Assembly (NCBI GenBank): GCA_951406725.2
Contig: OX597818.1
Location: forward strand, 107,570,001-107,634,000
Direction: 5' to 3'
Source: Octopus vulgaris
Lineage: Eukaryota
DNA: 64,000 nucleotides
The position numbers and the translations under genes were made by a program. The notes beneath the pieces were generated by a model, which was not told the origin of the DNA, searched no databases, and saw nothing but the letters and a program-made list of their open reading frames with translations. Below are positions 1-13,247 of this stretch, in pieces; position 1 is the first letter of the stretch, and every line of letters begins with the position of its first letter.

Positions 1-73
1 TTAAGGACAAAAATATGTTGTGGTATTTAGTCGTGACTTTTTTATATTCTGAGTTCAAGTCCCAGTAAAATAA

Positions 74-600
74 TTGTTCATATTCAGTCACATCATGGCC
101 AATATGAAGAGTAATGGAGATAAGCTATCACCTTGGAATACTCTACGTTTGATGTTCATTTTTCTGAGTTTTTGTTTTCTTCCAATCAACTCAGTATCCC
201 AACGTTTCTTACTTTCATTAAGCATTTTCTCCCTGTTCTTTGCCATTCCAATCCTTTTCATCGTTTTACTTATTCAAATGTGTGGTACCATGCCATATGC
301 TCTTTTTGTAATCTAGCCATGCCTCATTCAGTCCCGTCAGTCTGCGTCTACAATTTCTTATTATCCTTTTATCAACTAATAAGGGATCTTTTGTTGCCCT
401 ACTTTGTTTCCTGCATCCCTTCTGTTCTTCTGCAAGTAGACTTGCCAAATGACTGTAGAACTCTTCCACCAAGACACAGCTCATAAGCTTCTGCATTAGT
501 GGCAAACAGGTTATAGGTTGAAAATTTGATGCTAAGTTTGCTTTCAAGGGATCCTTGAGGCATAGCAGCATTTGTCCACTTGTCATCCAGGTGGGAATGT
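74..600 (-). mobile_element. Decayed reverse transcriptase fragment of an R4/Dong (REL-endonuclease) non-LTR retrotransposon
   Basis: ORF 266..586 reads NFQPITCLP..EEQKGCRKQSRATKDPLLVDK..AWLDYKK. After a frameshift it continues as AYGMVPH..VFQGDSLSPLLF, matching conserved R4/NeSL-type RT motifs. Confidence 0.85.
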
Positions 601-944
601 GACCTTATTAAAATGGGAAGTGGACTGACAAAATTATTTGAGCATCAGACAAAATGCCTTGTGGCATTTGTTTTGTATCTTTACATCATGAGTTTAAATT
701 CCCTCAGCATTAACTCTGCCTTTTATTCCTTTTGATTCAAGAAAATAAATTATCAATCCTGTACAAATTCTTCCTCCAGATTTTTGGCTTTCTGCGAAAG
801 CTAGAAACGTTTATTACCATTAAAATCCCTCTGGAATGGATTAAATAAGGTACCAATCAAGTGCAGTGGTAGATTTAATCAACTAACCTTTTCACAAGCA
901 ATGTACATGTGTAAGAAATTATTATTATTATTATTATTATTATT

Positions 945-1386
945 GAGTGAGAGAGCAGTGCATGCCATCAAAGTGACACTGGGGTAAAATATACGAAGCC
1001 CAATATACCCATCATGACTACCCGTCTGATAAAGGTACACCAGGCACATGCATCACAACCATATGTGCACGACATGGTGATCTCATATCAAAATAAACAG
1101 CACATGACCTTGCAGGTGGGGCCCAGTTAGAATTTCCTTCAGGTTGAGTAGCCCATCCTGCTCAAAAGGTCCCTGAATAAGGGTTGTTTAAGGATGTTGA
1201 AAGAACCACCCATGTTTCCAGAGGTGAATTATTCAAACCCCAAAGAATCCCCCTCAACACATGGCCATGATGCTCCCCCACTACTTCTGCTCGTGATCAG
1301 AGATGCACATATCGTCAGCCACTAAGGGACATGCTTAACTGGTTAAGGTCAAACAACTGACATGCAAATCTGTGGTATTGAGCAGA

Positions 1387-1388
<2 letters not shown>
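945..1388. repeat. Unclassified ~440-bp interspersed element between (TTA)n tracts
   Basis: Higher-GC, non-simple block bounded on both sides by (TTA)n; no ORF recognised. Confidence 0.4.
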
Positions 1389-1429
<41 letters not shown>

Positions 1430-1431
<2 letters not shown>

Positions 1432-1970
1432 GCCTTTGCACAGCTTCTAACGCTGGAGATGTACTACACTGTCAGCTGTTCACTATCAGTGAACTAAGGC
1501 AACACCTCTTATATTTCGAACACGTTACGGAGTATTCGAGCGGTTCCAAGCAGTGCTGTTTTCTGTAAGTCCTCCACCCTCATTGCAGCCCCTATTTGTT
1601 CCATGTACTTCTTGAGATTTTTGCTCACTGTTCCCAGGGCTCTGACAATTACTGGTATCACTACTACCTTTTGCATCGACCACAACTGTTTAACTTCCCA
1701 AGCTAACCTGTCATATCGCTCGGCTTTTCTTTCTTCCTTATCGCATACCTTGTCGTCAGCTGCGCACGCTATATCTATGATTCAGCATAGTTTGCGTTCT
1801 TTCTCAATTAACACTATATCTGGCTCCCTATTCTCTATCTCATGGTCGCACTGAATCATAAAATCCCATAGGATCTTTCCATTTCTATTTTCAACGATGC
1901 CTTCAGTTTGTGGTCGTACCAATTTTTTGTTCTGTCAAGTCCATACTTGTTGCAAAGTCATGGCGTCTCT
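1430..1970 (-). mobile_element. 5'-truncated R4/Dong-like retrotransposon 3' end (REL endonuclease plus 3' UTR) in (TAA)n
   Basis: Minus strand translates as KILWDFMIQCDHEIENREPDIVLIEKE..IIDIAC..EKAERYDRL..PVIVRALGTV..LQKTALLGTARILR (PD..D REL domain). Flanked by (TTA)n at ~1388-1430 and ~1971-2042. Confidence 0.85.
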
Positions 1971-1972
1971 TA

Positions 1973-2044
<72 letters not shown>

Positions 2045-2224
2045 AAAAAGGGTAGTGGATTGGCAGATTTTAAACATTGAATAAAATGTCTTATATTATT
2101 CATGGTTGTTGGTATTGTGATTGTGAAATTATACAATCGTTAATTACTGGGGTCGATGGCATCAATTAAGCCTCTCATCAATTAAGCACTTGTGCCTAAA
2201 TTAGAAACAATTATTACAATTACT

Positions 2225-2430
2225 GATTTCAAATTTTGGCAGAAGGCCAGCCATTTCAGGGTCGGGGAGTAAGTTGATTAGATTGACCCTAGTATCTTTA
2301 TTTTATCAACTCAGAAAGTACGAAAGGCAAGATGGATTTTGGTGGAGTTTGAACTCAGGACGTAAAGACAAATGAAATGCTGCTATTTTGGCTGGTGTTC
2401 TAATGATTCTGCCAGCTCACTGCCCTTAAC
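2225..2430 (-). mobile_element. SINE family A copy (GAGCTGGCAGAA head, CTGAGTTCAAA B-box-like motif)
   Basis: Similar to younger copies at 37395-37620 and 63806-64000. Confidence 0.7.
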
Positions 2431-3196
2431 GATTATTAGAATAATCAAGGCTTTACAAAGTGCAGTGAAGGAGTAAGAATGGTTGAAAATGGATAGAAAC
2501 ATTAGTTATGACCCTGTAAATTCTGAATTTAACTCATACTTGCTTTGTGAGTCTCTTTCTTGCTTTCAAGCTCTATAGCACTAGTCAAGTACTAAGGTTT
2601 ATATTATTGACTACATCTTCCTAAAAGCTTTGTGTTATTGTGTCTTTGCCAGAGATCATTCACAGATGACTAAGCAAAAATGCTGAAGAACTTCAACTGA
2701 ATTTCATTTTGAACTGACAGAATGTTTGGCTTTCAACTCACATTAAAAACCTTTCATCAAAGTCACTGAGTAAGAATTGAAAAACTTTGGAAACGAATAA
2801 TGTTCCAGGCATGTGTGAATATTGGCAGCAGTAAAAATATCTAAAATCCATGAATTAATGCAAGGAATTCATAGAGAAAATTAATGATTGATGATTATCA
2901 CTGAAATAATTATGGTATTAAAATTACAATTTGCTAATTATGGTTATTCGAAGGTGTATACCTGTGTATGGACACATATTTCGAGAAGACAATGCATGAT
3001 AATACATTATCAACAGACATTGCAGTGTGGAACAAGAGACTACAAGAATGCTGGCGATCGTCTAAGCCAACAATTAATATGTATAACTGTTTACAAAGTG
3101 GAATAACTTAATAAGGTATTAAGGCATTGGATAGAAAAGAAATGCTTTGCGAAGGGCCAGTCTGTGTTTGCCAGTATATACATACAGATGTATATG

Positions 3197-3272
<76 letters not shown>

Positions 3273-3278
<6 letters not shown>

Positions 3279-3737
3279 GTCAGCCCATAGATAACGTGGT
3301 TTTTTTCAATTGCATAAACTAAAAGTCAGAGGGGGATAGGATAAACTACCTGCATCAACTTGCTATAAAAGCAGGTAGTAATTTTACCTTGTACTTATTC
3401 TTAGTACAAGTTTTAAAGAGTGCAGTTCTATTTTAATAGTTATTTTTTCAAAACGTAATAGAAAGTGTGAGGAATATTAGTGCAGTATATGGGGATCGGA
3501 CAATAAGTATAAGCCAGTGTCAGTGGTGGTTTCAGAAATTCTGAGCCAAAAGCTACTGCCTAGAAGATGAGCTTCATCCTGGATGATCTGTAGAGCTTGA
3601 CGAGGACATCCTGCAAACCCTGGTGGAACAAAATCCCATCATAACGGTTGAGGAACTAGTAGAGAAGCTTGGATTTCATCATTCGACCATTAATTGACAC
3701 TTGCGTGCTATCAGAAAAGTCAGCAAATTGGGTCAAT
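3273..3737 (+). mobile_element. Mariner (Tc1/mariner) 5' fragment with pseudogenised transposase N-terminus
   Basis: Begins TATTGGGTCAGCCCA at the end of (TA)n. 3461-3736 translates ESVRNISAVYGDRTISISQCQWWFQKF*AKSYCLEDELHPG*SVELDEDILQTLVEQNPIITVEELVEKLGFHHSTIN*HLRAIRKVSKLGQ (mariner HTH region ending just before WVPH). Stops are TGA, consistent with CGA decay. Confidence 0.85.
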
Positions 3738-6622
3738 TCAATACATGAATTTTTAAAACTACTATCATGAAGGATTAATTTAATTCAATTTATTTTCTCT
3801 TGTCTTTTCATGATTAAATTGGTTTAAACAATTGAAACAAGTAGCATATTTTGATAAAAATGGGAATATTTTTCATTATTAATGATAATGTTCTTAAAGC
3901 ATTTTATACTATTTTTTTAGTACATATATACTTGAGTAGTTCTGTAACTCACAGATCAAATTTATGTAAAGGATGGAGTAACCAAACAGCAGTACATTGC
4001 AGGAAATGTGAATGAGTGTGATGTTGTCTTCTATGAAACAGTGTAAATGTTGGAGTTTCAATCAGTAGCCTCTTCCTTTTTTATATTCTAGTCAAGTGTA
4101 TGCAATTTTTAATGTCGATAAAGCATAATGGCTTAAAAGCAACGCATGATCATCAGTTGTAAAATTACTACAGTTATTGCCATATACCACTGCTCAATTG
4201 TAATATTGCTCTATATATCTGTTTAACTGGTGTTTAAACAGACATGAAATATCTCCATTCAAGATGGTGGTATGTGATTTGAAAAGGTTTATTTTGACAA
4301 TTAGTGAAAGAAAAATATTCTACCAATATTTAGGAACAATTCTTGTCCAAAATGAAGAAGTGGTGTAGGCAGTAACTTAATAGAGCAAACTTGATTTTAA
4401 AAGGGATACACAAAAAAATGCAATGGCAGATTGAAAGTGAGGTGTATTTTCAAATCCACAACATGTAGAGGAATAACAGCTGGTGCTGACATGAACAAAT
4501 AATGTCCATGGTTCATTCAGTCATGTCAGTGACATAACTTGTATTCTAGTAAGGACATAAGAACAACTGGAGTAAGTAAGCAAAGAATGGAAGAATTTCA
4601 GTGAAGAGTTATCTCCATTGACTACAAATGGTTTTTCTGTGTCCAAAGACGAATGAATCAGGGGTGAAAATTGCAGTTCTATACAGATGTATGACTTGGT
4701 GTTCAGAGCACAGCAGAACAACTGAAGACGAGGAATAAATGTGATCTACCAGATGTCTAATGGTAATTTGAATGAAATGCAATGTCGGAACTGTGAAAAT
4801 AGATTTTTTGCATCACATTTGATGGTGATAGTCATAATGATGGTGGTGGTGGCGGTGGCAGCGGCGGTGGTGGTGGTGGTGGTCATCATGACAATTGTCT
4901 ATTCTTAGTGTTCTGTTAGTGATTTTCAGTAGTTTTCACATGAATGTGTGTGTGTGTGTATGTGAAAAATATTGTTGGTTATCTAAATTTGATTATTCCT
5001 ATTTCAAAGACATCATTAAGAAAACTTCTTTAATCTTCTAGACTTTAATTACTCTAAGATAATGCCATGTTTAACATTGTTTTATCCTTGGTATACCTGT
5101 AATGGTATCTTAAATATCGGTTTCTCGATTGGAAAACAACAGTAGCAAAAATAAAAAGAATAATAATCAATGTTATAAACAGAATGAAACTGCTTTTACA
5201 CTTTCAACAAAATATGAACAGTAGAGCTTCTGTATTTTGATAATACATAGCCCAGTATTTTGTTAGTTTAGCATATCAATTATCTGGCTTTCTGACCACT
5301 GATTATCTGACACCTAACAGGAAAATAATAGCTTCAAACAGTCACTACGTGCCAATCTTAATCATCTATATGCCGCAATATTATTACTGCCATTTTTTCT
5401 GAAAATGAGTTCTAACATTGTATTCCTAATAAAATAGAGGAAATAAAATTGAAGTGTAGACAGGAATGTCGTAAAGTCCCTCCAGACAAAGGCAAACTTA
5501 TTAGATAGCATAGCCTCTGTATATTGGAAGAAGATTAGTCTAAAATTGAGCAATTTTGTATGTTGAGAAAATATTGACCAAAAGTACGGAGGTGATTTTA
5601 CAGTCAGCAGGCTTCCGCTTGCTAATTTGACCTGACACAAACCTGAAGTAATTGTTAAACAAGTAAGAAGCAATAAACTGCAGTTGTTGGATCAACCTCG
5701 AGAGAAATCTTCAATCCTTCACTCAGTTTGAGTATATCATATTTGATAATTTCTCTAGCTGATGGCTGTTGGGGAAGCATAATTTTGAGTGGTTTTACTG
5801 TTACACAATTAGGGAACAAATGCCTTGATGCCACTGCTAATGGTTTGTCTTATTTTACAGTGAATTCATCACCGTATAACTATCTATGCAAGTTTTATGA
5901 TTTGGCTGTTGCATGACTCACAATTTACTAATTGTATATCAGTCAAAGAAATGTTTTCACCAATTCTTCAAATAATCAAGTGATTGCAGAGGTGGAATTC
6001 CAACCAGAGGTAAAAAAAAATGATAACATGTCTTTATTGTCCTTCAGCACTTGGAATTTCTTTCAGTAATGAGAATGAACAACTTAATTAAAGGGTCTTG
6101 TAACCATCGGTATGCTTCCCGTTTTTGAAGCCATGTCTGGGAAGAACATTCTGATATTCAATCAGGATTTACAAGAACCTTGTTTCAAATTTCAATATTG
6201 TTAAATTATCAAATGATTTTATCTCAAAAGCAAATATCCCTGTATTCAAAGGAGTGCAATGCCAAAAGATTAAAGGTGGCATTACTTAGAATAGTTGCAT
6301 CCATTAAAAAATGGCAGTAACCACTTTATTATAACATTGAGGCATGTGAATGTTTGCATATATATGTGTGCAAGTGCATGCAGCTGCATGCATGTGTACG
6401 TGTGTATATGTAATATGCATAAAACATGTATGGTATTCAATGCTTTATAGAACATACACACATTTTTTAAAATGCTAAAATAATTACATAACACGTTTAG
6501 ATACATCATACAATATTCCACTTCACTTCATCAGTGTCCTGCAATAAATACAACTGTTATGTAATTATTTTTGCATTTTACTTAAGTTTGTGTGGCTTTA
6601 TAGCATTAAACACCTGTTTCTG

Positions 6623-6787
<165 letters not shown>

Positions 6788-7795
6788 CAAATTCCACCGA
6801 GGTCAACTTTGCTTTTTTATCTTTTCAGAGTTGATGAAATAAGTACCAGTTGAGTACTGGGGTCAATATAATCGACTATCCCCCTCCCATAAATTTTTAG
6901 GCCTTTTGCCTACAACAGAAAGGACTTATTATTATTATTATTATTAATATTAGTTAATATATAAAGGATTGAGGTAACTCCTCCTGAAGATATAGAGTCA
7001 AAATTAAAAGAAGAATGCCATTGTTATCTAGTGAAGTGGGTATTGGCCACTTTCAGATGGTGCTTTTCATGTGCCACTGGCACGTGTCCAAACCATTTCA
7101 TCAGACATCTATGGATAAAACCAGGTATACTGAACTGCAAGAAATTCAACTCAGCATTCCAAGAAGGATGTTTAGAAAAAAATTGGTTTTCCTAAGTCTA
7201 TTAATTGAGCAATGGATTTCTTTAAGATCCAACCAATCAACAGCATTGTCAGCCAAGATCTATAGCAGCTGGGATATTCACAAAAGAGTTAGTCTAATAT
7301 TTGTTCAATAAATAACTTTTTTGGGGGCCAAGAATTTTATTAATGACATCTATTGCAATAAATTATTCAGCTGTCAACTGAACAATGGTTAAATCTCTTT
7401 CTTCTCAGCATTGGAGAAACAAAGTGAAACTAAACGTTCCACTCTCATCCCAAACACACTTTCCCCCAACAACATCTTCATTCCTTACCAATGACACTAT
7501 TACATTGCTTCCCATAATTTCCATAACCTTGTCCAACAGATTTTAATACTTCTGTAGTTTCCTCACTCTAGTGTACTTCCTTTGGATTTGGAACACTTAA
7601 AGAAGCAACTGGTATATGTCGGTCCTTCGATATCATGCTCCCTTCTATACTCCCTGATTTACAACAAGGGTGACTGGCCCTTTTCCACTCTGCCAAACAA
7701 TTTAAGTATCCCAGCTGTGAATCCTGATTGACTGAACATCTTCCCTGCCATCCTCTTTCCCTTCATAACCTTGACTGCTCTCTCTCCCCCTCACC

Positions 7796-7835
<40 letters not shown>

Positions 7836-7944
7836 ATATGTATATATAAATGCATATACATGTATATATGAGCATATATATGTGAGCGTGTATATGTCAG
7901 TTTCTCTGTTTTCTGTTTCTCAATGAAAAGTAATAAATAATAAT

Positions 7945-8265
7945 ATCCCAGATCTAGGAATGTGAATCTCGCATCTTTGGTCTTTTCCCTGATACACTGG
8001 ATAAAACCAGGGAACTTGGATGCTGACATCCCTTTAAGATGATTTATATCCTTAGGAGTTCTCACCTAAACAGCAAGGTTGACTTGGCCTGCAGATGTGC
8101 TCCTGGATTCTGAGAACTTTCCGGTCTAAAGATGCCTATATATTCATCCTTCTCTACTCTGTTTTTGCCCCTTGAGTACTGTTGCCCACTGTGGTCCCCC
8201 CATATGAAGTAACTCATTATGAAAGTAGAAGTACACCAGAGGTCAATAACAAGAAAGATAGACAT
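7945..8265 (+). mobile_element. CR1-group LINE ORF2 C-terminal fragment (5' part)
   Basis: DLGM near 7950, then WILRTFRSKDAYIFILLYS..LEYCCPLWSPH..KVEVHQRSITRKI, typical post-RT motifs of the CR1/L2 group. Confidence 0.75.
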
Positions 8266-8740
8266 AATAAAAAATAATAATAATGAAATTATTGTATACA
8301 GTGCTCAGGTGCACCACAACTTGTCAAAAGTGCATGTAAAGCATATGCAGTAATGTACAAATGTCTGGGAAGTGAACAGTGTATGAGTCAGATACATGCT
8401 TGCATGTGTAAGGAGGGGAGAAAATCAGGTGTAGTGTTGGCGAATCTCAGGAAGCATGGAAGTTTTGAAGGATGCAATGCTCTGACAACTAACAACTGAT
8501 GCCAGCAGTTTGTTACATACTTCATCAACTCTTAGCGTGAAAAAATGTTTCCAAAAGTCATGGGAGCTGTGCTGTTTTCTGACTTTGTAAACATGTCCAC
8601 AGGTGTTAGACAGACGGAGTTTAAAAAGGTGCTCAGAGTTATTGTTTGTAAGATGGTTAATAATTTTATGGGTGTCTGCCAAGTCAGCTGCCAGACGTCG
8701 GAGTTTCAATGTATCCATGCCTTGGGAAGTAAGGTGTTCA
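8266..8740 (-). mobile_element. CR1-like LINE 3' end nested in the plus-strand LINE
   Basis: ORF 8425..8769: TLKLRRLAADL..KII..F....TCGHVYK..FFTLRV..NKL..VV..FK (CR1 ORF2 C-terminus). A TTA-type tail lies at ~8266-8284. Confidence 0.85.
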
Positions 8741-9240
8741 GCATGAAAGGCATTGATTATTTGGATCAACTAAAAAAAAACTCAATCTCTACTCTCTCCA
8801 ACACTGCAGGGAGCACTACATCATTTGTATGATGCGGAAAATATTTCATCAATATTGCACAAATGATGTTGGCATCAATTTTAAAATCCATCCAAGTCTT
8901 GGCCCCTGTGCTATCTGCCCACTACAAAAATTGAACTTGGTACACATAGCAACATTATGTCACAATTACTTTACCTCAGCTGGTCCAGCTCTCTTTAATG
9001 CCATACCAAAATATGTCCAAATGGAAACGGATCCCATAAAATTCAAATGTTCACTGGACTAATTTTAAAAAATCCTGGACGAACCTCTTACACCCAGATA
9101 TATCTCCAACAATAACAACTCTTTGCTAGAGGGGGCCATGGTGCCGCATACATGACTAAAAGACTCCACCAGGTTGTGCTATTGAGTTAGACAAGGCTTG
9201 GGCCTATACTGGCCAAAACCTTTCAAAGTTATCAAAGTAT
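8741..9240 (+). mobile_element. CR1-group LINE ORF2 C-terminus and 3' UTR (continuation of 7945-8265)
   Basis: MKGIDYLDQLKK/LNLYSLQHCREHYIICMMRKI..GPALFNAIP..FKCSLD, followed by a short tandem tail (TCAAAGT twice) at ~9223-9238. Confidence 0.75.
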
Positions 9241-9339
9241 ATACATATATAGTTATAATTTACAATAAAACAAAAGACGAAGACAGGTGTATAAACAACA
9301 AACAGGTGTATTAGTTTAAAGCTCAGGAAGGTGAGAAAG

Positions 9340-9378
9340 TCTTTCACGTTCCAAGCCTATGCTCTTCAACCGAAAAGA
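9340..9378 (-). ncRNA. Degenerate hammerhead-ribozyme-like motif in a Penelope-type pLTR fragment
   Basis: Minus strand reads UCUUUU CGGUUGA A GAGC auag GCUU GGAAC GUG AAAGA. Stems I and II are recognisable but the core is mutated. Confidence 0.35.
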
Positions 9379-9561
9379 ATATGAGCAAATAAACAGACAG
9401 AGAATAAAAAAAAAATTTGAAGCTAGCGAAGCTTCTTTCAGTTTTCATCTACCAAATCCACTCACAAGCCTTGTGAGTGGATTTGGTAGACGGAAACTGA
9501 AAAAAGCTTTGCTAGCTCCAAAAGTTATTTTTATTCTCTGTCTGTTTATTTCCTCATATTC
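9377..9561. repeat. Fold-back palindrome, ~92-bp arms, 1-nt spacer
   Basis: GAATATGAGCAAATAAACAGACAGAGAATAA..CACTCACAAG c CTTGTGAGTG..TTATTCTCTGTCTGTTTATTTCCTCATATTC. Confidence 0.9.
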
Positions 9562-9564
9562 CTT

Positions 9565-10185
9565 CTATAGTAGAAGACACTTGCCCAAGGTGCCATGCAG
9601 TGGGACTGAACTTGGAACCTTGTGGTTGATTTTTAGTTCTATCATTTATCAAAAAACTATACACAAACACACAAACATATAATGGGCTTCTTTCAGTTTC
9701 CATCTACCAGATTCACTCACAAGGCTTTGGTCAGCCTGAGGCTATAGTAGAAGACACTTGCCCAAGGTGCCACGCAGTGGGACTGAACTTGGAACCATGT
9801 TGTTGGCTTTTAGTTCTATTATTTATCAAAAAACTATACACAGACACACACACATATAATGAGCTTCTTTCAGTTTCCGTCTACCAGATCCACTCACTAG
9901 GCTTTGCTCAGTCTGAGGTTACAGTAGAAGACACTTGTCCAGGGTGCCATGCAGTGGGACTGAACTTGGAACCATGTGGTTGGCTTTTAGTTCTATTATT
10001 TATCAAGAAGACTATACACAGACACACACACATATAATGGGCTTCTTTCAGTTTCCGTCTACCAGATCCACTCACTAGGCTTTGCTCAGTCTGAGGTTAT
10101 AGTAGAAGACACTTGTCCAAGGTGCCATGCAGTGGGACTGAACTTGGGACCATGTGGTTAGGAAGTAAGGTTCTTATCACACTGC

Positions 10186-10188
<3 letters not shown>
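9565..10188 (-). mobile_element. Tandem array (~177-180 bp period) of SINE family B 5' halves with a shared linker
   Basis: TTTTAGTTCTAT recurs at ~9631, ~9808 and ~9985, each with GTAGAAGACACTTG..GGGACTGAACTTGG. Confidence 0.85.
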
Positions 10189-10225
<37 letters not shown>

Positions 10226-10570
10226 CACACACACACACACACACACATGAATGTACGTACCCTCGTTTTGATGTTGTGTGTTCTTTCTAAATTAGCATCA
10301 CAGTCATACAAACGACATTGTCCATTGCTGCTCTTTTGACCACGAGTAAATATTATTTTGCCAGGAAATGGAGAATTGGTGATAGGAAGAGCATCTTGCT
10401 GTTGACAATCTACCTCAACAAATTCCATGTGATCCAAGCATGCAAGGAAAAGTGCCTGTCAAATGATGATGATGATGATGATACACACGCACTTGTATAT
10501 ATACATATTTGATATGACTTACAGTTCGGTGTGTGGTAAAGCAAACTTTTTTGCTGAACCCTAATTATAT

Positions 10571-10835
<265 letters not shown>

Positions 10836-11294
10836 ATCTCTAGATGCATTATTATATCATATATTATTATATTTTTAATTGACAGAAATGAGAGATGGAC
10901 TCAAGAGCTGATAGCTTCCTGCATGCCACTTATCAATGAAATAGAAAAATATATATATATTCCTCCTTTGGGTTTTATTTAATCATGATTGCACTACCAA
11001 AGCTCTGTGCGTGTGCGTGTGCGTGTGTGTATGTGGTGTATACTTCACGTATCTTTCCTTGTGGCATAGATATACGGTATCAATGCATGCTGTAAGAAGT
11101 TACTAAGACAATTGGCATCAGAAGGTCCTCCAGCCATAAGACACTGCTTCAAAATATTCCATTCAGCAGGGAATTATAAAAGTGTGTGTGCATGTCTAGG
11201 TGTGTGTGTGTAAATACAATAAGATATTATAATATATTAATATATTAAAAATATACCACATATAACCATGCCAACATGGAAGGTAGATGTTAAT

Positions 11295-11332
<38 letters not shown>

Positions 11333-13188
11333 ATAATATAGGTGGCTCATTAGCAATTAAAGCCTATAGGTAAGTTGATAAACAAGGGTACAAATTAGTC
11401 CTGGCAATTGCTAGAAATCATGGAAAGGTGCTTTAGCTCACTTCCCACTTTCCGTCAATTCATGAGGTTAGTGCTCTGTGTAGCTATTTCAAGTAGTTCT
11501 GACTCTTATTTCTAGCAATCGCTGATACCTCTTGGCAACTGCACTGGGTCCATCTGTTGTCTGTGAATCTTGCTACATCGTTGGTCAGTGGAACTTGAGC
11601 TTTCAATACAATCACTTCAGGATGAACAAAATACCTGTCATGAGTAACAAAATCCAGGTGTATAAAAAAAATTTGGATTTGATGTGACTTACAACATAGA
11701 AATTATTTCACCAACGAAATAAAAGAATCTCAGAAAATACATGATACCAACTGAAAGAAACTTGAATAACGAATTGTTTCCATTTTCTTTTGATTTCCAT
11801 TCTGCCTGCTTTAAAAATGTTCATTGTAGAAACACAGCAGTTTTGAAAGCATATAATAGGTTCCAGATATATGTGAAATGTGAACAATTACAATTACCAG
11901 TTAAGTATCAGTTTACTTGGTGCATGAATAATTAAAGAATTTTGTTCAGGTCAGCAAGGGAATTGCAAAATCTGATTGAAATAGCAGTCAATGCTACCTC
12001 AAATCACATCATACCAGCTTGAAAAAAGGAAGGCCACATTCCGTATTTTCAACTTAGACAACACACCATGATCACCATGTCTGTAAAAAGAGAAACCAGA
12101 TAGTCAAAGTTGAAATAGCTTTCATTATTATAGCTGGGCTGCCCTGAGGCAAAACAAGAACCACTACATTCTACGAGTACCGTTGGGATTTGATTAAAAT
12201 CCATTTTTTGTCATCTATATTAATTTTTCTATTTGTTTCTTACCCAATTACGAATCAAGAAATGTACAGGCTTCAGGAAATGGGATTTTGCAATCCTCAT
12301 GTGTCTTTTGAAGATAGTGTTTATTAAGGGAGCAAATGAAGTGAAAACACTTCAAGCACCAACCGAAACTAGGTAATGTTATCAACACATGGAGATGGAG
12401 GGAGTTCATGGTTTTGCTACAGAACAAATACCTTCGTTGTAATATTTTCCATATTAAACTCAACCAATATCTATTGCAATCCCTTGAATCATGTATAAAG
12501 GTGCAGCATCTTCATATTCTGCGAGAAATATCTTCTGGCATCACTGAGGTAAAAGTAATTATCATATCAGTTTATATATTCATTATTATTGTGTCGAAAA
12601 AGCAAAATATAATATTCTACCAAATATTTAGCTGCCAAGCATTGAATCTTCAGTGTACCAGCAGTTTAGGCTTGGTAGTAAAAGAAAGACTGCATAAAAA
12701 AAACAAAAACAATGATAAAACAGAAGGAAACCACTTGCATAAGTTATCCATTGATGGTGAAAAAAATGCAAGAAAAAGTCTAATTCATTTATCTGGCAGC
12801 ATATTAAGAATAAAATGTGCATTGTTGTTATATAAGGAAAAAAATCATAAGAATTATATTTTGGTATTGCTATGTAATTGTTTCAGTTCAACAAATTCAT
12901 TAAGATGCAAAAGAAATTGGTTTGAAATCCATCCCAAAACAGTCAGTTTGCCAGGAGAAACAATCTTCAAATTTCTTTCAACTGAAAACTCATCTTTGAA
13001 GGTATTTATTTTTCTCAATCTCATATTGATATAATCAACATCATGTGTAGATGTGTGCATGCATGTATGCACACATTTGTGCATATGCGCCTGCATGTGT
13101 CAGTAAACATATTTTATTTTGATTGTTTACTCTCAGTTGCTTTTTCTTTTGTTTTCTTCTTTCTTTGCTCTGTCTTATTTTGATTATC

Positions 13189-13247
<59 letters not shown>

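Noticed and set aside
2718-4056. Possible plus-strand exons (e.g. QIYVKDGVTKQQYIAGNVNECDVVFYETV* at ~3955-4055)
   Set aside because: Weak acceptors, no recognisable family and no consistent gene model.
9565-10188. Regularly spaced repeats resembling a CRISPR array
   Set aside because: Eukaryotic SINE-derived ~180-bp tandem units with no unique spacers and no cas genes.
12408-13034. 208-aa plus-strand ORF
   Set aside because: AT-rich with no recognisable domain or supporting splice structure; probably chance.
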